From contig NC_086108.1 in assembly GCF_963921235.1 (NCBI RefSeq), positions 20,956,001 through 21,020,000 of the forward strand: a DNA stretch of 64,000 nt. Direction: 5' to 3'. Shown piece after piece: positions 10,672-20,049 of this stretch. The position numbers were made by a program, and so were the translations under genes. The notes below the pieces were generated by a model that was not told the origin of the DNA, did not search any database, and worked only from the letters and a program-made list of their open reading frames with translations. This stretch comes from Mobula hypostoma (Eukaryota). How positions within the stretch are numbered: the stretch's first letter is position 1; the number at the start of each line of letters is the position of its first letter.

Positions 10672-13160
10672 GGATAAAGTGCAAGGCAAACTCAAAGGTC
10701 TTAAGGTGGATAAGTCACCTGGACCAGATGGACTACATCCCAGAGTCCTGAGAGAGGTTGTTGAAGAGATAACGGATACGTTAATCATGATCTTTCAAGA
10801 ATCACTTGATTCTGGCATGGTCCCGGAGGAATGGAAGATTGTAAATGTCACTCCACTGTTTAAGAAGGGAGGAAGGCAAAAGAAAGGAAATTATGGGCCA
10901 GTTAGCCTAACTTCAGTGGTTGGGAAAGTGCTGGAGTATATTATTAAGTACAAGGTTTTGGGGTACCTGGAGCCTAATGGAAAAAAAAAGTCAAAGTCAG
11001 CACGGTTTCCGTAAAGGGAAATTTTCCCTGAAAATCTCTTAAGAGTTCTTTGAGAAAGTAACAAGCAGGGTGGACAAAGGAGACGTCATTTACTTGGATT
11101 TTGAGAAGGCATTTGAAAAGGTACCTCACAAGAGGCTGCTAAACAAGATAAAATCCTATGGCATTACAGGAAAGATACTGGCATGGATAGCTGAATGGCT
11201 GACAGGCAGGAGGTAGTGAGTGGGAATAAAGAGGGCTTTTTCTGGTTGGCTGCCAGTCATGAGTGGTGTTCTTCAGGAATCAGTATTGGGATTGCTACTT
11301 TTCACATTGTTCGTCAATGATTTGGGCAATGGAATTGATGGCTTTGTGGCAAATTTTGCGGAAGATACAAAGATAGATGGGGGGTAAGTAGTGCTGAGGA
11401 AGCAGTGCATTTGCAACAGGACTTACACAAATTGGAAGAATGGGCAAAAAAGTGGCAGATGGAATACAGTGTTGGGAAATGTATGATAATGTACTTTGAT
11501 AAAAGGAATAATAGTGCAGACTATTATCTAAATGGGAAGAAGGTTCAAACATCAGAGGGGCAGAGGGACTTAGAAGTCCTCGTTCAAGATTCCCAGAAGA
11601 GTAATTTACAGGTTGAGTCTGTGGTAAAGAAGGTAAATGCAATGTTGACATTTATTTCAAGGGGAATAGAATATAAAAGCAAGGAGATAATACTGAGGCT
11701 TTATAAGACACTAGTCAGGCTACACTCAGAGTACTGTCAACAGTTTTGGGCACAGTATCTCAGAAAGGGTGTGTTGTCATTGGAGAGAGTCCAGAAGAGG
11801 TTCACAAGGATTATTCCAAAATGAAGGGGCTAACATATGAGGAGCATTTGGCAGCTTTGGGCCTGTACTCACCGGAATTTAGAAGAATGCGAGGAATCTT
11901 GTTGAAGCCTACCGAATGTTGGAAGGACTAGATAGGGTGGATGTGAAGAGGATGTTTCCTATAGTGGGGGTATCCAGATCTAGAGGGCACAGCCTCAACC
12001 TTAAGAGGTGACTTTTTTTTGCCAGAGTAATGAATCAGTGAAATGCTCTGCCACAGACTACGGTGGAGGCCAAGTTCATGGGTATACTTAAGGCAGAAGT
12101 TGATAGTTTCCTGATCAATCAGGGCATCAAAGGATATAGCAAGGAGGCAGGTGTATGGGGTTGAGTGAGATCTGTTACGTACCCTGTAACTGGGTTGCCA
12201 AACCAGCAGAAATGGATCACTCAGTTGGAGTCTGGATTACTGGAACTAAGAAAGTTTTATTAAAGAAATAAGCAACACAGTACTCTTATAGTAAGGATAT
12301 AAATGCAACAGGTTAGCACTGAATAAACACATATGTACACAGAACTAGGATAATAGGAGCAATCAAGCTCTATCGCAGTCTAGGGGTAAAATGTTCAATC
12401 ACAAGTGACAGAGTTCATTTAGTTCAGTTCGCAGCAATCGTTGTTGTGCCGTTGAAGAGAGAGAGCGAGAGAGAGAGAGCGAGCGAATGCTGATATTCAA
12501 AATCAGATTCAACAGACCTTTGATATTTCTCGCAGTTAGCTTTCGGGCAAGCCCTTTGTAATGTCTTCTGAGGTCACCGACTGTGACCCCTCCGTTTTCA
12601 GATACGATCGTTCCTCTGCGGTGAACCCGGCACCCAGGCAAGGGTGGACACACACACCAGGTTCCCGCCAACCGAATCTTTCCACCCTGTGCATCTATGG
12701 CTGGTCCCATGACCAGCCCTCCAAAACTCCCACCGACTTGTGGGGGCGCACTGCTTCCAGGGTCTCGATACCTCGTGGTGTCGTCTCGTGTGGTGTCTGT
12801 TGCCTTAGCGAACCCGTCCTTTTTTATCCCCCTGTTGGGGTATCGCCTGTCCATCACTTCAAACAGTTCAGGTTCAAAGCAAACCAGTCTTGACAATACC
12901 CAGACCGGTGTCTCCTTCCGTTAATCTCTCTCGTCTCTTCATTAACATTTCCAAATGCTGCTCCATTGTCTTACTTATCTCTCTCCTGAAGACAGGTGGC
13001 AGATCAACTGTTGATCCCACTGGTGATAGCACAGGACAGTCAACATCTTGGTCTATGTGTACTTTCGTCACAGATCCAAGATCAGTCATGATGGAATGGT
13101 GGAGCAGACTTGAAGGGCTGAATGGCCTATTTCTGCTCCGGTGTTAAGGTCTTATGATCT
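10672..13160 (+). mobile_element. CR1 LINE (RT to 3' end), interrupted by a solo LTR
   Basis: KSPGPDGLHPRVLRE, NVTPLFKKG, VSLTSVVGK, LYKTLVRLHSEYC; 3'UTR resumes at 13073 with a tcttatga tail; many stops and frameshifts. Confidence 0.9.
12173..13072 (-). mobile_element. Solo LTR (900 bp, Gypsy/ERV-type)
   Basis: Termini tgttacg...cgtcaca; 4-bp TSD gatc (12169-12172 / 13073-13076); splits the CR1 3'UTR; minus-strand AATAAA at ~12255 near one end gives the orientation. Confidence 0.85.
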
Positions 13161-13264
13161 TGACTATTAGTTCAAATGAGTTAATGTAAATTCATAACCT
13201 ATGAAACAGATGATATCTTACACAAGCAATAATCCATCTGCAGACTGTTGTCATTCATAAAGTG

Positions 13265-13960
13265 ATACTGCTGGCAATGCTATCATTTATTTCCCAACCC
13301 CATGCCCTTTAGAAGCAGACAGTGAGCCACCTCCTTGAACCACTACAGTAATTCTCATGAAGGTGTTACCATAGTATATTTGGATAGACAGTTCTAGAAT
13401 TTAAACCCAACATTATATTTCTATGTTGGCCTTGTATGCAATTTGGAGGGGAAGTTGCAAGTGGAAGTGTTCCCATATACTTGCTGCCCTTTTTTCTTTC
13501 TTGTTAATAGAAATCACAGGTGTGAAAAATGTTGAATTGCATAGGTGAATAACTGCTATCTATTTTGTTGATGGCATACTGTACATGAAACAACACACAT
13601 CAAAGTTGCTGGTGAACGCAGCAGGCCAGGCAGCATCTCTAGGAAGAGGTACAGTCGACGTTTCAGGCCGAGACCCTTCGGACTGACGAAGGGTCTCGGC
13701 CTGAAACGTCGACTGTACCTCTTCCTAGAGATGCTGCCTGGCCTGCTGCGTTCACCAGCAACTTTGATGTGTGTTGTTTGAATTTCCAGCATCTGCAGAA
13801 TTCCTGTTGTTTACTGTACATGAAGCTCACTTTCTCATGACAAGGTGAATACACCAGCTTGACGAAGTGTTTAAAAGAGTGGTTGGATCACCATTAAGCA
13901 GATTGCTTAATCCTGGATGGTGTTGAGATCATTTTATATTGTTGAAACACTCATTTGGGC
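13265..13960 (-). mobile_element. Old CR1/L2-like LINE 3' fragment
   Basis: Degraded match to a recalled shark repeat (gtgagccacctccttgaac...ttggaggggaagttg...gtgttcccat); host of the 13590 insertion. Confidence 0.4.
13590..13811. mobile_element. Palindromic non-autonomous Penelope pLTR derivative with hammerhead motif
   Basis: Perfect 90-bp inverted repeat 13591-13680 / 13687-13776 with 6-nt loop; one-sided ~34-nt tail; perfect 13-bp TSD tactgtacatgaa (13577-13589 / 13812-13824). Confidence 0.93.
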
Positions 13961-14214
13961 AGACATTAAATCTAATTAAAAATTCCATTAGATTCCATTA
14001 AAAATCTAAGTAGCATGTTTTTGGTATGGAGAGGAAAAAATCAGGAAAGGATATGAATAATGGGAAACTACACGTAAAGAATAAAGGAGAACAGAAAACT
14101 GGTAAAAACAAAATGCTGCTGGAAAAGAAATGGAAACTGTAAAAAAACTAAATTTCAAGAACCCTTGATCCTGCACCCTACTGTTTTGAAAGTGGTGGCC
14201 ATGAAGTGGATGTA

Positions 14215-15800
14215 CCAGTTGCCAATTAACAAAGTTCAATAAATTTCAGAATAATTCCCATAGATTGGAAGGTAGCAAATATAACCTCACTATTTCAGAA
14301 AGGATGGAGAACAAAAGCAGAGAACTATAGACTAGTTAGCCTCACAATGATGGTGCAAATACCTTAATTTATTTTCAAGGAAGTGACAACAGGCACTTGC
14401 AAATAATAATAACATTGGGCAGATTCATCATGAAATTAGGAAAGAGAAATCACGGACAAAATCAGCTAGAGTTTTTCGGCATTGCTATTAGCAAAACAAA
14501 TAAAGGTAACCAGCAGGTTAAACAATAACACAGTTTAGCTGGACTTTTAGATTGCCTCATTTAACTCTCACACAAGTGATTAATAAACAATATTAGAGCA
14601 CACATACTTAGCAGTAACTTTCTATTCAGAATTGTGCATTGGTTAATGGACAAACATCAGAAAAATAATAGGGTAATATTTGGGTTGGCAGGCAATGAAG
14701 AGCAGGATGACAGAGAGATTAGAGCTGCCACCCAGCTGTTCTCAACTTATTATCAATGATTTAGATGAGAGGATCAAGTGCAATAAAACTATGTTTCTTG
14801 ATTATACAAAACCTGGTAACATTTAGGGCTGTGAACCGGTTTCAGAGTATATAGACAGACCAGGTGAATGGGTAAGGATATAACAGAAAGATTATTAATA
14901 TGAAAGAATGTGAGATTTTCAACATTGGTTGAAAAACACAGAAAGGCAGAGAATGGTGTAGTGGTGTATAAAAGACAGAACTTGGGTGTCCTCGGACAGA
15001 AATCAATGAAAAATAATGTGCATACTCAACAAGCAACGAGGAAAACAAATGGAATGCTGGTTATTATCACAAGAGAATTTGACTGCAAAGTAAAGAGGTC
15101 TTGAATCAATTGCAAAATGTTGTGGTGAGTCTACCTAAAATACTATCAAAGAAAGGTTATCTTTAAGGCAAAAACGTAACATAGGCTCACCTAATTGATT
15201 CCTGCGATAACAGATTGGCATACGCTAAGAAATTAAGCAAAGTAGATCTGCTTTCACTGGAGTTTCAGAGACTGAGAGATCATAGAATCATAGAGTAATA
15301 CAGCATGGATAGGAGCCCTTTGGACGATCCAATCCATACCAACCACGGTGTCCACCCAGTTAGTCTCAACAAGTCCATGCCAGCTCCAAGGCAATCCCAT
15401 TCACACAACTATCTCCTTTTGCATTCCCTTTAACTTATTCCCCTACCGACAGTAATTGAACCATATAAAACTCTCGAGGAGTTTGACAGAATAAACACAG
15501 AATTGATGTTTTCCCTGGATGGGTTCTCCAGAAACCTGAAGTTGACCAATCAGGACAGAAATGAGGGAGGGAAAATCTTCAAACAGAGGGCAGTAAACCT
15601 TCATAATTCAATACCTGAGGATATGTAGGTTTCAGGTCCCTGATAATGTTGAAGATTAAAAACAGACTTTTTTTAAAATATTAAAGAAATCAATGAATAG
15701 GGGATAATGCACAAAAACACCTCTCAGATAAAATAACATAGTCATGATCTTTTTCAATGGTTCAGCAGGAAAGTGGAGCCAAATGACCTGCTTCTGCTTT
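14215..15800 (+). mobile_element. Highly degraded CR1 LINE, with an inverted CR1 3' piece at ~15280-15440
   Basis: Remnants WKVANITSLFQK..ENYRLVSLT and INDLDERIKC; CR1-type 3' end. Confidence 0.7.
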
Positions 15801-16063
15801 TATTTCTTACTTTCTGGTGTCAAAATAAGTTTCTTTTCCTCAAGATATCAAACTCTGATAGCCTCTCATCACTGAAATTATAGCTGAGACAGATCAAAGG
15901 ACGAAAGTCAAGTGAGAAACAACTAATTGTTCAAATGTAGACTTCAGCATTATTACTAAATAAACTGAGATGGAATAAAATCTGTCATTATCTTATGATT
16001 TTCCAAACTGTACACTGGCATAAACCATAGCTTTTTAGTTTTACGGTAAGTATTTAAGAACAA

Positions 16064-16369
16064 TACTTGTCGCGTGGCCAAGTGGTTAAGGCATTCGTCT
16101 AGTGATCTGAAAGTCACTAGTTCGAGCCTTGGCTGAGGCAGCGTGTTGTGCCCTTGAGCAAGGCACTTAACCACACATTGCTCTGCGACGACACCGGTGC
16201 CAAGCTGTATGGGTCATAATGCCTTTCCCTTGGACAACATCGGTGGCGTGGAGAGGGGAGACTTGCAGCATAGGCAACTGCCGGTCTTCCATACAACCTT
16301 GCCCAGGCCTGCGCCCTGGAAACCTTCCAAGGCGCAAATCCGTGGTCTCATGAGACTAACGGATGCCTA
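16064..16369 (+). mobile_element. tRNA-derived SINE (CORE-like central motif)
   Basis: A box tggccaagtgg, B box gttcgagcc, central gtgcccttgagcaaggcacttaacc; 13-bp TSD tatttaagaacaa (16051-16063 / 16370-16382). Confidence 0.88.
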
Positions 16370-16727
16370 TATTTAAGAACAAAGGAGATGAAAAGGGAAA
16401 GACCAATGGTGAGCAAACTGAGAAAGACAACAGTAAGAATTTGTAATTAGATAACGACAAATCCAGTGAAACCACTAGATCTTAATTCTTGTGCATTCCA
16501 GAAGTCGTAAATCATTTCATAGGCAATGACTACCTCTTGCAAAGAACAGGAACAGAATATCTTCAAAAAATTGCTCTGAATTAAAACTGAACACATCTGT
16601 ATTCATTTTTTTTTCAATTTGCATACTTGCATGTAACTTGAACTATAAATTCCAGGAAAATTTTCATGCTATTACTTGGGTGGCATCTGGGATGGAAAAT
16701 ACAGATATTAATCAAAGAATCCTAGTG

Positions 16728-18745
16728 ATAGAGTCATAGAACACTACAGTGCAAACCAGCCCTTCGGCCCATCTAAACCATGCCAATTCTGCCTGGTTCA
16801 ATCAACCTGTACCCGGACAATAGCCCTCCATAACCATCCTATCCAGGTACAATGAAAGCACAGCAGCACTTCTACTTTCTTAGAGGTTTCCATAGATTCA
16901 GCATGTCATTTAAAACTGACAACCTTCTACAGTTCAATGGAAAATATATTGACAGGTTGCATCAAGGCCTGGTATGGAAACACATATGCCCTTGAATGGA
17001 AAAGCCTACAATAATGTAGTGGATACAGCAAAGTCCATCACGGGTAAAGTCCACCCCACCATTGATCACATCTACTGGGAGTGCTTACACAGGAAAACAG
17101 CATGCATTATCAAGGACCTCCACTATTCAGGCCATACTCTCTTCTCACTGCTGTCAATAAGGATGTACAGGAGCCTCAGTACCCACACCACCATGTTCAG
17201 GAACAATAATTACCCTTCAACCATCAGGATCTTGAACCAGAGGGGATAATTTCACTCATCCTAACACTGAACTGTCCCCAAAACTGTGGACTCACTTTCT
17301 CATGTTCTCAAAATTTATTGCTTATTTATTTAATATTATTTGTTTTATACCTTTACACAGTTTGTTGTCTTTTGTGGTCTTTCATTGATTTATTATGCTT
17401 CTTTGTGTTTGCTAAATGCCCACAAAAAATGAATCTCAGGGTTGCATATGGTGACATATATGCACTTTGCTGCTAAATTTACCGAACTTTGAAAATACTT
17501 TGACCTTTGAATCTATCCAAATTTCTCTTAAATGTTGAGATCTAACCCACATCCACCTCTTTCACTGGCAGCGTATTCCATATTCTCACCACTCTCTGAG
17601 TGACAAAATTCCCCTTCATGTTCCCCTTAAACATTCACCTTTCACCCTTAAACCACACCTCTAGTTTTAGTTTCACCCAACCTCACTGGGAAAAGTCTGC
17701 TTACATTTACTCTATCTATACCCCTCATAATTTTGTCTACCTCAATCAAATCTCCCCTCATTCTCCTACCATCTAGGGAATACCTTCAAATATCATATTC
17801 ACTACTGATATCAGGTTCTCCAGCCTATAATTTCCCAGCTTATTCTTAAAGCCTTTCTTAAACAGCAGAACAATAAGGGGCTCTCCTAAGTTCACCTCAC
17901 CCTTGGCTAAGGACATTTTAAATACCTCTGCCAGGGCCCCTGCAATTTCTGTACTTGCCTCCTACAAGATCTGAAGGAACACGCCAATAGGCCCTGGGGA
18001 TTTATCCAACTTAATATGCTTCAAAACTACAAGCACCTCCTTTTCTGTAATCCATAAACTCATTGACTCTACTACTGTTTTGCCTCACTTCTGTAGACTG
18101 TCTGTCCCAAGTAAATACAGATGCAAAAAATCCATTTAACATCTCCTCCATATCTTTTGGCTCCATGCATATAAAACTGTTCTGATCTACAAGAGTACCA
18201 ATTTTGTCACTTGCTATCCTTTAGCTCTTAATAGATCTGTAGCTGCCCTCAGGATCCTCCTTTACCTTGTCTACTAGAGCACCCTCATGCCTTCTTTTAC
18301 TCTTCTGATTTCCTTCTCAAGTATTCCTTTGCACTTCTCATACTTAAGTACCTCGATCGTTCCTTGCTACCTATACCTGCTATGCACCTTCTTCTTCTTC
18401 TTAACCAGGGCTTCCATATCTCTAGAAAACCAAGTTTCCCAAAACCAGTTAGCCTTCCCTTTTATTCTGGCAGGAATATACAAACTCTGTATCTTCAAAA
18501 TTTAATATTGAAGGTCTCTCACTTACTAAGCATTCCCTGACCAGAAAGTAACCTGTCCCACTACTCAATTGCCAGATCCTTTCTGATACCATTAAAATTG
18601 GCCTTTCTCCAATTTAGGATCTCAACCCAAAGATCAGACCTATACTTGCGCATAATTATCTTGAAACTAATGGCACTATAATCACTAGATCCAAAGTGTT
18701 CAGCTACACACATCTCTGTCACATACACTGTCTTGTTCCCTAATA
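16728..18745 (-). mobile_element. CR1 LINE (deleted, EN to 3' end) split by a Rex1 fragment
   Basis: EHFGSSDYSAISFKI..LNWRKANFNGIRKDLA on the minus strand; CR1 3' end at 16728-16850 resumes at ~17510. Confidence 0.75.
16852..17510 (+). mobile_element. Rex1/Babar LINE 3' fragment
   Basis: IIKDLHYSGHTLFSLL..YRSLSTHTTMFRNNNYPSTIRILN; (ctttga) tail. Confidence 0.8.
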
Positions 18746-19534
18746 GTGCCAAGTCTCCAATCCAAAAAGGTCCAAAATCAATTGTTCTGCTCCTCTTGTG
18801 TGATGATCAGCAGCATTGAACTTGGTAGAGCAGAATTATGGAAAATGGTTATAGGTAAGACACAGTGCATTCCAAGAAAAATTGGTGAATATTTACAGAA
18901 GAAACTTACAGCTTCTACAGTAAGAGTGGTTGAAAGAAAATATTTGGAATATTAAAGGGGTTTATTTAAAATATTATGAATATCCAGCATTTTGTTTTTA
19001 AATCAGTCGTAACTTACATGTCAAGATAGTAGCAAACAGGAAACAAACCAGCTTTGAGCTTACCTCACAAGGGAAAGGTAGAACATCTACACTGTGCAGC
19101 GGGAACCTTAGCAAGTGGTCTGGATCGATAGTGATCTCAGGAAATTAAATGAGTGGAAGTGACTGCCAGTGGAAAATTAAGAGTAAAGCTTTTTATTTAA
19201 CTTTACTTCTTGATTCTAAAATGCTTTCAAATAAATGTTTTTGATATATGCATCTTTCAAAAGCCATTAAGCCCTAGGGCAAAGTCTAACCAGTTCTCAA
19301 AGCTACACAGACAAGCCTTGCACTATATCAGGCCTTAATCAGCTGGGAGCCAGACTTGCAATGTGCGCCATAAGCTCTTTATAAGATTCCAAACCAGGCA
19401 TTTAATGAGTTTAGCCAAGGACTTAACAAGTAATAAGACAGCAAAATTGAGAAAAATCTATACCATACATAGAAAATTCAGAGAACAAAAATAATCAATA
19501 AATCCACAAGAGTAAAATGAGTTATTCAAATTAC

Positions 19535-19591
19535 CTCAGAAGCTGTGGCTGGACAATATATAGTGCTTGATTGCCCGTTAGGCAGGTCCAT
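19535..19591 (-). CDS. RALGPS2: RALGPS2 first coding exon (CDS part; whole exon 19535-19655 incl. 64 nt 5'UTR)
   Basis: Translates MDLPNGQSSTIYCPATASE, matching the recalled human N-terminus MDLMNGQASSVNIAATASE. Acceptor ttctttctttgtttaccag before 19655; phase-0 donor GAG|gtaatt; in-frame TGA upstream of the ATG. Confidence 0.92.
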
Positions 19592-20049
19592 ACTTCCTAT
19601 ACCATCCAACACAGCAGTGCTAAGAAAAGTTCATGGTCAAGAAAAGCTCATGGTCCTGGTAAACAAAGAAAGAACAATTATTTTACAAGATTTTTTTCTT
19701 AACAAATGCTTCCTATTAAAGTATGTTTTCCTTTTCCTAACCTGAAGAACTACATGCAAATTAAATGTCTAAGCAATCAGCATAAACTTCTACATTCCTG
19801 CATCCTAATGTGAGAAAATAGCTAACAATTTTGAAATAATTCGTATGATCTGAAAGTTCATTCCCAATTATTACACACATTAAAAAAATTGGAAGGGATT
19901 TAATGGCAAACTACTGAACAGCAAACTATAAATTCCTAATTTTGAACTACTGTGGGCAGTGAAATTTTCTATCCAAATGTTTACATTAAAAAATGTACAA
20001 TGTTTGGGCACATAAATGTCTCCCTATTTTCATGCTAGCAATGTTATTT

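Noticed and set aside
13590..13811. CRISPR array or bacterial terminator/IS
   Set aside because: No repeat-spacer periodicity; eukaryotic TE context with retro-type TSDs.
16064..16140. tRNA gene
   Set aside because: Continues into a SINE body with TSDs; no clean cloverleaf. The same applies at 32608.
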